From: Candidatus Eiseniibacteriota bacterium
Lineage (GTDB): Bacteria; Eisenbacteria; RBG-16-71-46
Reading direction: 5' to 3'
Assembly (NCBI GenBank): GCA_963725865.1
Contig: CAVSAC010000012.1
Span: forward strand, 992,001 to 1,056,000
DNA length: 64,000 nt
Shown: positions 40,837 through 50,023 of the stretch, one piece after another
Layout: each line of letters opens with the position of its first letter
How positions within the stretch are numbered: position 1 is the stretch's first letter
Position numbers and translations under genes: made by a program
Notes under the pieces: model-generated
Database searches by the model: none
The model's input: only the letters and a program-made list of their open reading frames with translations
What the model was told of the DNA's origin: nothing

Positions 40837-40866
40837 AGGGTAGACTGCGTGGCCCGCGGGCGTCAA
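40837..40866 (-). promoter_or_regulatory. Sigma70-type promoter of the BMC-T gene (leaderless geometry)
   Basis: Minus strand TTGACG-18-TACCCT, 7 nt before the ATG. Confidence 0.5.
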
Positions 40867-40987
40867 AGCGGCGCGAGAGCGCCGCGCAGCTTGGCGCCGC
40901 GCGACGCTCGGTCGATACTGCGCCGCGCGGGAGCGCCCGGCACGCGTCGAGACCCGGAGGTCGCGAGATGACGGAAGACGGGACGAG

Positions 40988-42568
40988 ATGAGCCCCGCGG
41001 GATGGCTGCGCCGGCCCGCGGTGGCACTGGCGCTGATCGCGCTCGTCGCCGTGGTACCCCGGTGGCTGGCGCTGCCGCGGGTCGGCCCCGACACCATCAC
41101 GCCCGATGGCGCGCGCTTCCTCAACCTGGCGCGCTCGATCGCACGCGGCGACGGTTACGTCACGCCCGAGGCGTGGCCCGCGTACCTGGCGCCGGCGCGG
41201 CTGCCGATGCCTGAGACCTTCAAGGAGCCGGGATACCCGTACGCGATCGCCGCCGTCGCGCCGCTGGCGGGCGATCCCCTGCGCGCGGGGCAGTGGATCT
41301 CGCTGCTCGCGGGCCTGCTGCTGCCGTTCGTGGTCTACGCGCTGGCGCGCGTGCTGGTGCCGGAGGACTCGCTGGTCGCGGCCATCGCGGGGCTGCTGAC
41401 CGCCGGCAGCCCGGTGCAGGTCGTCCAGTCGGTGGTGGTGATGGCGGAGTCGCTCTCGACGCTGGCGCTGATGCTGGCGTTCCTCGCGGCGCTCGCGCGC
41501 CCGCGGGGCGCGACGGCCGAGCGCGGCTGGGCGCTCGACCTGGCCACCGGCGCGCTGTGCGGGCTCGCGTACCTGGTGCGCGCGCAGGCGCTCGTCGCGG
41601 TCCCGGCGCTGGCGTGGGCGCTCGCCCGCGGCCGGCCCGCGCGCGTCGTGGCGCCGCGGCTGGCAGGCGCCGCGCTCGCCATGGCGGTGGTGATGGCGCC
41701 CTGGATGGTGCGCAACCTGCGGCTGTTCGGGGTGCCGCTGTACAGCGATGTCGCGGCGTTCGCGGTGTGGCCCTACGTCGACACGTTCGCGTTCTCGCAC
41801 TCGCTCGTGCGCCCACCGGCGCCGCTGCCCTTCGCGCTCGCCCACCTCGGCGCGGTGGCGCATCACACCCTGGGCTCGCTGCGTCAGTTCACGCTGCACA
41901 CGCTCCCCGACGAGCTGCTCGGCAGCCGGATCTGGCTGATCCCGCTCGCGCTCGGCCTGGTGCGCGCGCTGGGACGCTGGCGCGCCTGGGGGCCGCTGCT
42001 GCTGCTGGCCGCGCTCAGCGCCGCGTTCCTGTTCCCGCTCAACTGGGTGGCGCGCTACTTCGCGCCGGTGGCGCCGGTGTTCGCGCTGGTGACCGCGTTC
42101 GGCATGGCGTGGCTGAGCGGGACGGCGTCACCGGGCGCGCCGGCGTCCGCGCGCGCGCGCCGGGGCAGCCCGGAGCTCGTGGCGCTCGTCACGCTGGTGC
42201 TGGTCGTGCTGCCGCTGCCCGCCACGATCCGGGCGGTGGCGGACTCCTACCATCCCGAGCTGGCGGCCGCGCGGGCCCACGGCCCGTGGCTGGCGCGGCA
42301 CCTGGCGCCGGGGGAGGCGGTGATGGCCGACATGACGTCCTACTGGGCGTGGTGCAGCGGTCGCCCCGCGGTGCACCCGCCGGTGACCGACGAGACGCGC
42401 TTCGTGGCCGCGATGCGCCGCCTGCGGGTGCGCTACGCGGCGCTGCCCACCAGCCGCCTGGCGGAGTTCGCCGCGCGCTACCCGGCGCGACGACTGCCGG
42501 CCGCGCTGGTGCCGTTCGCGACCGACTCGACGCACGACGTCACGCTGTTCGACGTGCGGACCGAGTAA
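40988..42568 (+). CDS. GT-C fold (family 39-like) membrane glycosyltransferase
   Basis: PDG..F.NLARSIA.G.G, PGYP, MAES and PWMVRN motifs; multi-TM. Confidence 0.72.
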   Translation: MSPAGWLRRPAVALALIALVAVVPRWLALPRVGPDTITPDGARFLNLARSIARGDGYVTPEAWPAYLAPARLPMPETFKEPGYPYAIAAVAPLAGDPLRAGQWISLLAGLLLPFVVYALARVLVPEDSLVAAIAGLLTAGSPVQVVQSVVVMAESLSTLALMLAFLAALARPRGATAERGWALDLATGALCGLAYLVRAQALVAVPALAWALARGRPARVVAPRLAGAALAMAVVMAPWMVRNLRLFGVPLYSDVAAFAVWPYVDTFAFSHSLVRPPAPLPFALAHLGAVAHHTLGSLRQFTLHTLPDELLGSRIWLIPLALGLVRALGRWRAWGPLLLLAALSAAFLFPLNWVARYFAPVAPVFALVTAFGMAWLSGTASPGAPASARARRGSPELVALVTLVLVVLPLPATIRAVADSYHPELAAARAHGPWLARHLAPGEAVMADMTSYWAWCSGRPAVHPPVTDETRFVAAMRRLRVRYAALPTSRLAEFAARYPARRLPAALVPFATDSTHDVTLFDVRTE

Positions 42569-42576
42569 GCCGCGGG

Positions 42577-44508
42577 CTAGAGCTCGGCGAGCCGTTGCCA
42601 GAGCGACTCGACCTCGGCCCGCAGGCGTTCGTAGTCGGTCACCAGCGTGCGGGCGCGCGCGCCGTCGGCGTACAGCTCGGGGTCGGCGAGCTGCGTCTCC
42701 AGCTCCTTCATGCGCGCCTCGCGGCGCTCGAGATCCTGCTCGATGCGCTTCACCTCGCGAGCGCGGCGCTGCTCGTCGGCACGCTGGCGGCGCCCCGCGT
42801 CGCGCGAGGTCGAGCGGTCCCCGCGGGGGCCCGCCCGTGCGACGCTCGGCACCGGGGTGGCTTCCTGCGCGGGGGCGACCACCTCCGCGGCCGCCCGCGC
42901 GAGACGCGCGCCCTCCCAGTCGGCATAGCCGCCCGGGTAGAGCGTGACTCGCCCGTCGTGCACCTCGAGGACGCGGGTCGCCACGCGCGCCATCAGCGAG
43001 CGGTCGTGGGTGACCACGACCACGCTGCCCGGGAACTGCGCGAGCGCCTCCTCGAGCACCTCCTTGCCCGCGAGGTCGAGGTGATGGGTGGGCTCGTCGA
43101 GCAGCAACAGGTTCGCGGGAGTCAGCAGCAGCCGCGCGAGTGCCACGCGCTGGCGCTCGCCGCCCGACAGCACGCGGGTGAGCTTGAAGGCGTCGTCGCC
43201 CGAGAACAGGAAGTGGCCGAGCAGCGAGCGCAGCCGCGGGCGCCAGTCCGCGCTCGCCACCTCCTCGAGGGCTCCCAGCACGGTGTGCGTGGGATCCAGC
43301 GTCTCCGCGGCGTGCTGCGCGAAGTAGGCCATGCGGGTGAGCGGGGTGTCCTCGCGCACGCCGGCGCGCGGCGCGAGCTGGCCCGCGACGACGCGCAGCA
43401 GCGTCGTCTTGCCAGCGCCATTCGCGCCCACGATCGCGACCTTGTCCTCGCGCTCCAGCTCCAGGTTCGCGCGCGCGAATACGTCGGGCGCGCCGTCGTA
43501 CCCGAATGCCGCCTCGCGCAGCCGCACCAGAGTCCGGCCCGCGTGCGGCGGATCGGGGAACTGGAAGCGGATGCCGCGCGGGCGCCGCGGGATCACCACG
43601 CGCTCGGACTTCAGGCGGTCGATCTGCTTGCGCTTGCTCTGGGCCTGGGTGGCCTTGGTGTTCTTGGCTCCGAAGCGCTCCACGAAGCGGGAGAGCTGGG
43701 CGATCTTCGCCTCGAGCTGTTCGTTGCGCGCCTCGAGCTGCTCGCGGCGCAGCTCCTTCTCCTCGAGATAGCGCGTGAAGCTGGTGGCGTAGGTCTCGAG
43801 TCGCGCATGGTCGAGCTCGCGGACCTCGGTCGCCACCCGGTCGAGGAACACCCGGTCGTGGGAGACCACCACAAGCCCGCCGTGGAACGACTCGAGGTGA
43901 TCCTCGAGCCACTCCATCGCGGGCAGATCGAGGTGGTTGGTCGGCTCGTCGAGGAACAGCAGCGTGGGATCCGTGAGCAGCAATGCGGCGAGCGCGGCCC
44001 GCATGCGCCAGCCGCCCGAGAACGTGGCGAGCGGCCGGTCCTGGTCGGTGGTGGCGAAGCCGAGGCCGCCGAGGACCGCGCGCGCGCGCGGCTCGAGCGC
44101 GTGCTCGTCGTGCAGCTCGAGCCGATGCTGGAGCTCGCCCATGCGCTCCAGCAGCGCGGTCAGGTGCGGATCCTCCGGCGCGATCCCGTGCAGGCGCTGG
44201 TGGAGGGCGTCCAGCTCCTCGCGCATCTCCAGCAGATGGCGGTGGGCCTCCATCGCACGGTCGAGCACGCTGCCCTCGAACGCCTCGGCGGCCTCCTGCG
44301 GCAGGTAGCCGATCCGGGTCCCGCGCGCCATCACGCGTTCGCCGGACTCCGCGGCGAGTGTGCCGAGCATCACTTTCAGCAGCGTGGTCTTGCCCGCGCC
44401 ATTGGGTCCCACCAGCGCCACGCGATCGCCCGGCGAGAGCACCCAGTCCACACCCTCGAACAGTACGCGCTCGCCGACCGAATAACGCAGGCCCTGGAGC
44501 TGGATCAC
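42577..44508 (-). CDS. ABC-F family ATP-binding protein
   Basis: Two ABC domains (GPNGAGKTT/FSGGW/LDEPTNHLD and GANGAGKTT/LSGGE/LDEPTHHLD), C-terminal coiled coil, no TM. Confidence 0.93.
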   Translation of the reverse strand: MIQLQGLRYSVGERVLFEGVDWVLSPGDRVALVGPNGAGKTTLLKVMLGTLAAESGERVMARGTRIGYLPQEAAEAFEGSVLDRAMEAHRHLLEMREELDALHQRLHGIAPEDPHLTALLERMGELQHRLELHDEHALEPRARAVLGGLGFATTDQDRPLATFSGGWRMRAALAALLLTDPTLLFLDEPTNHLDLPAMEWLEDHLESFHGGLVVVSHDRVFLDRVATEVRELDHARLETYATSFTRYLEEKELRREQLEARNEQLEAKIAQLSRFVERFGAKNTKATQAQSKRKQIDRLKSERVVIPRRPRGIRFQFPDPPHAGRTLVRLREAAFGYDGAPDVFARANLELEREDKVAIVGANGAGKTTLLRVVAGQLAPRAGVREDTPLTRMAYFAQHAAETLDPTHTVLGALEEVASADWRPRLRSLLGHFLFSGDDAFKLTRVLSGGERQRVALARLLLTPANLLLLDEPTHHLDLAGKEVLEEALAQFPGSVVVVTHDRSLMARVATRVLEVHDGRVTLYPGGYADWEGARLARAAAEVVAPAQEATPVPSVARAGPRGDRSTSRDAGRRQRADEQRRAREVKRIEQDLERREARMKELETQLADPELYADGARARTLVTDYERLRAEVESLWQRLAEL

Positions 44509-44607
44509 GCGGTCCTCATCGGTTCGGGCCCGCGCGCGACCGGGGCCCGCAGGGCGCCCCGAGCGCGGCAATCGACGCTGCGAGCGCCGTCGGCGCCCGC
44601 TGCGTCA

Positions 44608-44636
44608 TTGACCCGGACACCTAGTCTGGACATAAT
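44608..44636 (+). promoter_or_regulatory. Sigma70-type promoter
   Basis: TTGACC-17-CATAAT. Confidence 0.6.
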
Positions 44637-44664
44637 CGGGTCTGCCCTCAGAGTACCCCCGGCC

Positions 44665-46389
44665 GTGCGACGTCACGTCGTCCGCATCGCTGCTCCAGGA
44701 AAGGCTCGGATCCCTCTGCGCTGGCTGCACCGCACCTTGCTCCCGCTCCTGCTGGCCATCGGACTGGCCCCGAGCGTTGCGGTCCCCGCGCGCGCCGCCT
44801 GGATGCTCCCGCCGGCCCCGTTCCGGGCCAAGGACTTCTGCATCGTCAAGGCGAGGAACGGTCTGTATCACGTCTTCTACATCCGGAACAACGTCACTCT
44901 GCCGGCGAGCGACACCGAGCGGGAGTTCGGCCACGCGATGACCCCGAACTTCTGGACCTGGACCCAGCTGCCGCCGGTGCTCTCGGTCCGCGACTCGGCC
45001 TGGGACAACACGCACGTCTGGGCCCCCAGCATCGTCGAGCAGGACAGCGTGTACTACATGTTCTACACCGGCGTCACCGACGTGGCTGGGAGCACGAAGC
45101 TGTTCCAGCGCATCGGGGTGGCGACCTCGACCGACCTGATGAACTGGAACCGCATGGACGCCCCGACGTTCTCGTGCGTCGACGTGCCCTGGGCGTACTG
45201 CGACTCGACCGACGCCAAGTGCGCGTTCCGCGACCCGTTCGTGATGCCCGATCCCGCTCAACCGGGCGGGTGGCTGATGTGCTACTCGGCGAGCGCGCCC
45301 GCGGACTCGTCGATGCTGGTGGGGATCGCGCAGTCGAGCGGCGACCTCACGCAGTGGCACGACCTGATGCCGCTGTGGAACACGTATCGCCCGATGACCG
45401 GCGGCTACATCGCCGAATCCCCGCACATGTTCGAGCTGAACGGCCTCTGGTACCTGTTCTACACGACGGTGCAGGCGCAGCCGCTCCAGTTCCAGACTTC
45501 GGAGGCTCCGGCCGCGGACGCGTTCGGCTGGACGATGCGCGGCAGCCTGGGGGGGATGCTGGGGCTCAACACCGCGGCGTGGTACGCGTCCGAGCACTTC
45601 CAGGACGGACTGATCCACATGTTCGCGTTCGTCGAGTTCGACCGTCTCACCTTCTACCGCATGATCGCCGCGCCCGGCGACTGGCACTTCGCGCTCCAGC
45701 AACCCGATCGCTTCCGCATCCTGCGCATGGGCTGGACCGCCGACACCACCCGGGTCGGGAGCAGCGCCACGCTCTATCTGAAGGGCATCGAGTCGATCGG
45801 GAAGTTCGCGACGCTCGAGACCGCCGTGCTCCAACCCGACGGGACCGAGCGGCCGATCCCACCCGACAGTCTGGGGCTCCCCTCGATCGTCAGCATGACG
45901 TCGGACAGCACGCTGGTGAACTGGCACACCTTCCTGCCACCCGACAGCACCGACACCACCCGCGTGGTGCGGCTGGTGGTGCGCACCCAGGATCAGACCA
46001 CGACCGCCCGGACGCTGATCGTGCTGCGCGACACGCTGGCGGTCATCGACACGCTGCCGCCACCTCCCAATCCCGATCCGCCCACGGCGCCCGATCCCAA
46101 TGAGGGAGGCAGCGACGAACCGCCGATCCGACCGCTGCGGTACGCGCCGTTCGGATTGCCGTCGGTGTTGGTGCAGATGACGGAGGAGGCGCACGCCCGG
46201 GTGGACGTGTTCGACCTGCAGGGGCGCCGCCTGCGCACGCTGGCCGACCGGGTGCTCGCGCGCGGCGCGCACGTGCTCGCGTGGGACGGCCGGGGTGGGG
46301 ACGGCTCGCGCGTCGGGGCGGGGGTGTACTTCGTCCGCCTGACGACTCCGCGCGTCCAGGCGACCGCCCGACTCGTGCTGCTGCCCTGA
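44665..46389 (+). CDS. Secreted five-bladed beta-propeller glycosidase (GH32/43-like) with C-terminal FlgD-Ig-like domain
   Basis: WAPS, FRDP and ESP motifs; C-terminal VFDLQGR.LRTL...WDGR...GVYFVRL; start uncertain. Confidence 0.75.
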   Translation: MRRHVVRIAAPGKARIPLRWLHRTLLPLLLAIGLAPSVAVPARAAWMLPPAPFRAKDFCIVKARNGLYHVFYIRNNVTLPASDTEREFGHAMTPNFWTWTQLPPVLSVRDSAWDNTHVWAPSIVEQDSVYYMFYTGVTDVAGSTKLFQRIGVATSTDLMNWNRMDAPTFSCVDVPWAYCDSTDAKCAFRDPFVMPDPAQPGGWLMCYSASAPADSSMLVGIAQSSGDLTQWHDLMPLWNTYRPMTGGYIAESPHMFELNGLWYLFYTTVQAQPLQFQTSEAPAADAFGWTMRGSLGGMLGLNTAAWYASEHFQDGLIHMFAFVEFDRLTFYRMIAAPGDWHFALQQPDRFRILRMGWTADTTRVGSSATLYLKGIESIGKFATLETAVLQPDGTERPIPPDSLGLPSIVSMTSDSTLVNWHTFLPPDSTDTTRVVRLVVRTQDQTTTARTLIVLRDTLAVIDTLPPPPNPDPPTAPDPNEGGSDEPPIRPLRYAPFGLPSVLVQMTEEAHARVDVFDLQGRRLRTLADRVLARGAHVLAWDGRGGDGSRVGAGVYFVRLTTPRVQATARLVLLP

Positions 46390-46413
46390 GTCCGCGGCCG
46401 GGCGCGCGACCGT

Positions 46414-47532
46414 TCAGCCGCCGAGGCGCTCCGGGTTCAGTCCCTCGAGGTCCTGCGCGACGAAGCGACCGTCCTTGCGGATCAGCTCGTCGTCGAACCA
46501 GATCTCCCCGCCGCCGTACTCCGGCCGCTGGATGAGGACCAGGTCCCAGTGGATCTGCGAGCGGTTGCCGTTGTCGGCGATCGTGTAGGCCTGGCCGGGC
46601 GTGAAGTGCAGCGAGCCGGCGATCTTCTCGTCGAACAGCGTGTCCTTCATCGGGTGCAGCACGTGCGGGTTGAACCCGAGCGAGAACTCCCCGATGTGGC
46701 GCGCGCCCTCGTCGGTGTCGAGTAGCTCCAGCAGCTTGTCCTGCGGGCTGCCGGTCGCCTTCACGATGCGGCCGTGCTCGAACGTGAACGCGAGGTGCTC
46801 GTACGTCACGCCCAGGTAGAGCGAGGGAGTGTTGAACGCGATGGTGCCCTCGACCGAGTCGCGCACCGGCGCGGTGAAGCACTCGCCGTCCGGCAGGTTG
46901 CGCCGGCCCTCGCACGGAACCGCCGGGATGCCCTTGATGCTGAACCGCACGTCGGTCCCCGGACCCTTCAGACGGACCCGATCGGTGCCCTGCATCCGGT
47001 CCTGGAGCGGCCTCATGGCCTCGGCCATCTTCGGGTAGTCGAGCGTGCAGACGCGATAGTAGAAGTCCTCGAAGGCGTCGGTGCTCATGCCCGCCATCTG
47101 CGCCATCGACGCGGTCGGGTAGCGCAGGACCACCCATCGCGTCTGGTTCACGCGATACGTCAGGTGCACGGGCTGCGCGATCAGGCGGGTGTAGAGCCCC
47201 ATCTTCTCGCTCGGCACGTCGACCAGCTCGCTGCTGTTCTGGGCCCCGCGGATCGCGACGTAGCACTGGACCTTCTGCAGCTGGGCCAGCTCGATCTCGC
47301 CCTGGAGCTTGAAGAAGCTCTCCTCGCCCCGCGTCATGAGCGCGCGCGTGACGGCGTTGTCGCGCAGGTAGACCAGGGCGACGCCGTGCGCGTCGTGGAT
47401 CGCGTCCACCAGGTCGAGCACCAGTCCGTCGCGGACGTCGAACGCCTCGACCAGCACCACCTCGCCCGGCTCCAGGCGCAGCGAATGGTTCACGATGAGC
47501 CGGGCCAGCTTCGCGTTGCGCGGATCGCGCAT
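46414..47532 (-). CDS. Aminopeptidase, M29 (thermophilic metalloprotease) family
   Basis: NLPDGE.FTAP, DEGAR.IGEF, LFDEKI.GS.H...G.AY and N.S.IHWD motifs. Confidence 0.9.
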   Translation of the reverse strand: MRDPRNAKLARLIVNHSLRLEPGEVVLVEAFDVRDGLVLDLVDAIHDAHGVALVYLRDNAVTRALMTRGEESFFKLQGEIELAQLQKVQCYVAIRGAQNSSELVDVPSEKMGLYTRLIAQPVHLTYRVNQTRWVVLRYPTASMAQMAGMSTDAFEDFYYRVCTLDYPKMAEAMRPLQDRMQGTDRVRLKGPGTDVRFSIKGIPAVPCEGRRNLPDGECFTAPVRDSVEGTIAFNTPSLYLGVTYEHLAFTFEHGRIVKATGSPQDKLLELLDTDEGARHIGEFSLGFNPHVLHPMKDTLFDEKIAGSLHFTPGQAYTIADNGNRSQIHWDLVLIQRPEYGGGEIWFDDELIRKDGRFVAQDLEGLNPERLGG

Positions 47533-47621
47533 GGCACCTCCGTCTGGGAGCGGCCGCGGGCACGCCAGACTCGTGCGCGGCCACGAGCGGGCCGATACGA
47601 TAGCATAGGCGCCGCCGTCGC

Positions 47622-47650
47622 TTGGAGCGCGCGCGGGCCGTCGCTATACT
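47622..47650 (+). promoter_or_regulatory. Sigma70-type promoter
   Basis: TTGGAG-17-TATACT. Confidence 0.55.
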
Positions 47651-47710
47651 GCGTGCGGACGGCGCGTCGCCACACGGGCGCGCCGCGCAGACCGGAGGAG
47701 GGAGGACCCC

Positions 47711-48439
47711 ATGGCAGATTGGGACGTCATCGCCAAGCAGCGCCTGACCGAGGATTGGGCATCGCTGCGCGCGGCCTACCTGCCCCTCAACCAGGCCATG
47801 CGCCGGACCGTCGAGTTCCTCGAGAAGGGCGACGGCTCGTTCGCCGACCTGACCGTGGTGGCCCGCGAGCGTCTCGATGGCACGCTCAAGAACCTCACCG
47901 CGCTGTGCAACCGGCGCTCGCCCTGGGTGCGGCTCGAGGCGATCCGCAACCTGCGCGTGCTCGCGACCGGGCTGCGCGGCGCCGCGAGCGACGATCCGCG
48001 CGCACTGCTGCGCTACCTGTTCGCCCTCAGCGAACTGCTGACGAACGTGTGGAAGGACGCTCCCACCGAGGCGCGGCTCACGCACGGCATGGTGATCGAG
48101 GGCGAGCCGGAGTTCTGGTTCGGCTGTGACTGCTGCGCGGTGGGCGCGCTGCGGCCGGCGGGGCCCGATGATCCGCCCGACCTGGCGCGCGGCAAGGAGG
48201 TGCGCCTGGTCTGGGAGGTCGACGCCCTGTTCGCCTGGACGCTCGACGAGTTCGAGGACTACCTGGCGAGCGAGCGCTTCTCGCTGCCTACCACGCCGCG
48301 CGTGGCGGCGGTCGAAGATCTCGGTCTGCCGGTGATCGACGTGCCCTCGGACGCGCTGCGCCGGGGCAACGAGTTGTTCGGAGGCCAGGGCGGCGGGCTG
48401 TATGGCGTGCTCGACCTCAAGTGGCTCGAGTTGGCCTGA
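47711..48439 (+). CDS. Hypothetical protein
   Basis: Own promoter, strong SD (GGAGG), host-like codon usage; no family recognised. Confidence 0.75.
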   Translation: MADWDVIAKQRLTEDWASLRAAYLPLNQAMRRTVEFLEKGDGSFADLTVVARERLDGTLKNLTALCNRRSPWVRLEAIRNLRVLATGLRGAASDDPRALLRYLFALSELLTNVWKDAPTEARLTHGMVIEGEPEFWFGCDCCAVGALRPAGPDDPPDLARGKEVRLVWEVDALFAWTLDEFEDYLASERFSLPTTPRVAAVEDLGLPVIDVPSDALRRGNELFGGQGGGLYGVLDLKWLELA

Positions 48440-48634
48440 GCGCGACCCGCGTGGATCCACGGCCCCGCCCGCCGGGCAGGGCCGTCGTGTTTCGCTGCGA
48501 ACGTCACGGCGCCGTCATTTCTCACGCGCGGCGGACGAGGGCTTGAACCGGCCCGTCCCTGGGCGTATCTCTCCTCTCATGCGTCAGCGGGCCGGCACGT
48601 CGGTCCGTCCGACCCCCCAACCCGGAGGAGCTCC

Positions 48635-49012
48635 ATGAAGCGCGTTCTCACCGTCCTCGTCCTCGCCGCCCTCTCCACGCTCGCGGTCTCGCGGTCCCAC
48701 GCCGCGCCGGCGGGCCCGCCCAAGCCGGTCACGATGAAAGGCGAGATCGTGGACATGGGTTGCTACCTCGCCCACGAGGCGCGCGGCGAGAAGCACAAGA
48801 GCTGCGCCATCAAGTGCATCTCGGGCGGCATGCCGATGGGGCTGTTGACCGCCGATGGCAAGCTCTACCTGCTGACCATGAGCCACGACAGCTCCGATCC
48901 GTTCGACCAGGCGAAGGCCCTCGCGGGCTCGATGGTCGAGCTCACCGGACCGATCATGGAGCGCAACGGCGTGAAGGCGCTCGAGGTCACCGCGGTCAAG
49001 GCCGCGAAGTAG
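48635..49012 (+). CDS. Small secreted Cys/His/Met-containing protein
   Basis: Signal peptide; GEIVD..CY ... H.SCA.KC..GGMPMG; SD GGAGG. Confidence 0.8.
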   Translation: MKRVLTVLVLAALSTLAVSRSHAAPAGPPKPVTMKGEIVDMGCYLAHEARGEKHKSCAIKCISGGMPMGLLTADGKLYLLTMSHDSSDPFDQAKALAGSMVELTGPIMERNGVKALEVTAVKAAK

Positions 49013-49021
49013 CCCGCCGCT

Positions 49022-49051
49022 GACGTGGGGCGGCGGCCGCCGCCCCACGTC
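49022..49051. repeat. Perfect 30-bp palindrome
   Basis: GACGTGGGGCGGCGG|CCGCCGCCCCACGTC. Confidence 0.9.
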
Positions 49052-49061
49052 GCGCCTTCCC

Positions 49062-49829
49062 ATGCGTCGCCTGCTGGCCGCACTCGCGCTCGCCACCGCC
49101 ATCGTGATGGTCGCGTGGGCCTCGCGGCGCGACCTGCCCGAGGCCGAGCGCGGACGTCGCATCGCAGAGCACGCCGGCTGCTTCGCGTGCCACCTCGCCG
49201 AGGGCACGCGGGGCGCCGCCAACGTGGGACGCGCCGACCACACCGTCCCGTCCTTCGAAGGCGATCTCATGATGTACGCGCGCACCGCGGACGAGACCCG
49301 CGAGTGGATCGTCGACGGGGTGACCGCCGCGAAGCGCGCGAGCGCGAAGTGGCGGCGCGAGAAGGCCGCCGGCGCGCTGACCATGCCGGCATTCGGGAAG
49401 CGCCTGCGCCCCGGCGAGATCGATGCGCTGGTGGCGTTCGTGGAGGCCGTCGCGGGGCGCCCCGAGCCCGCGGATTCACTCACCCGCGCGGGACTCGCGC
49501 GGGCGGACGCGCTCGGGTGCACGGGCTGCCATGGCGCGGGCGGACGCTTCGCGCGACCCAATCCCGGATCGTTCAAGGGCTACGTGCCGTCGTGGGACAG
49601 CCGCGACTTCAGCGAACTGGTGCGCGACCGCGCCGAGTTCGGTGAGTGGGTGGGGCGCGGAGTCAGCCGGCGCTTCGCGGCGAACCCCGGAGCGCGCTTC
49701 TTCCTGGAGCGCGCGACCCTGCGCATGCCGGCCTTCGAGCGCCATCTGGCGCCGGGGGACCTGGATGCGCTGTGGGCTTACATCGGGTGGCTGCGCGCTC
49801 CGCGGAGCGCCGAGCCACCGCCCGACTAG
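49062..49829 (+). CDS. Dihaem c-type cytochrome
   Basis: CFACH and CTGCH, each followed by a distal MPAF; N-terminal signal/anchor. Confidence 0.88.
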   Translation: MRRLLAALALATAIVMVAWASRRDLPEAERGRRIAEHAGCFACHLAEGTRGAANVGRADHTVPSFEGDLMMYARTADETREWIVDGVTAAKRASAKWRREKAAGALTMPAFGKRLRPGEIDALVAFVEAVAGRPEPADSLTRAGLARADALGCTGCHGAGGRFARPNPGSFKGYVPSWDSRDFSELVRDRAEFGEWVGRGVSRRFAANPGARFFLERATLRMPAFERHLAPGDLDALWAYIGWLRAPRSAEPPPD

Positions 49830-49927
49830 CGCTTGACGGCCTTCTTGGCGGCGCGGGCCTTCTCGGCCTTGCGCTTCGCGGACTTCTTGGCGCGCTTGCG
49901 ATGGAGGCGGTGCTTGAAGGAGGTCAT
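49826..49927 (-). CDS. 33-aa Lys/Arg/Ala-rich basic small protein (not in the ORF track)
   Basis: MTSFKHRLHRKRAKKSAKRKAEKARAAKKAVKR; nearly all codons end in G/C; SD GAGGG; TTGAAC-18-TAGAGT upstream. Confidence 0.7.
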   Translation of the reverse strand: MTSFKHRLHRKRAKKSAKRKAEKARAAKKAVKR

Positions 49928-50023
49928 GGAGCCCTCGGTGGGTGGTTGGACCGGCGTGCGCGGAGCGCGCACGGGGCGCGACTCTACCCGATGCCGCCTG
50001 CCGAGTTCAACCGCCGAGCGGGC

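Noticed and set aside
44612..44630. Imperfect inverted repeat in the promoter spacer (CCGGAC...GTCTGG) as an operator
   Set aside because: Only 5 of 6 bases match, the spacer is a normal 17 nt, and no regulator gene is nearby.
41293..46389. Apparent 1698-aa giant ORF
   Set aside because: Only the last ~570 aa are real; the rest is an off-frame/antisense shadow of the GT-C and ABC-F genes, and a promoter lies at 44608-44636.
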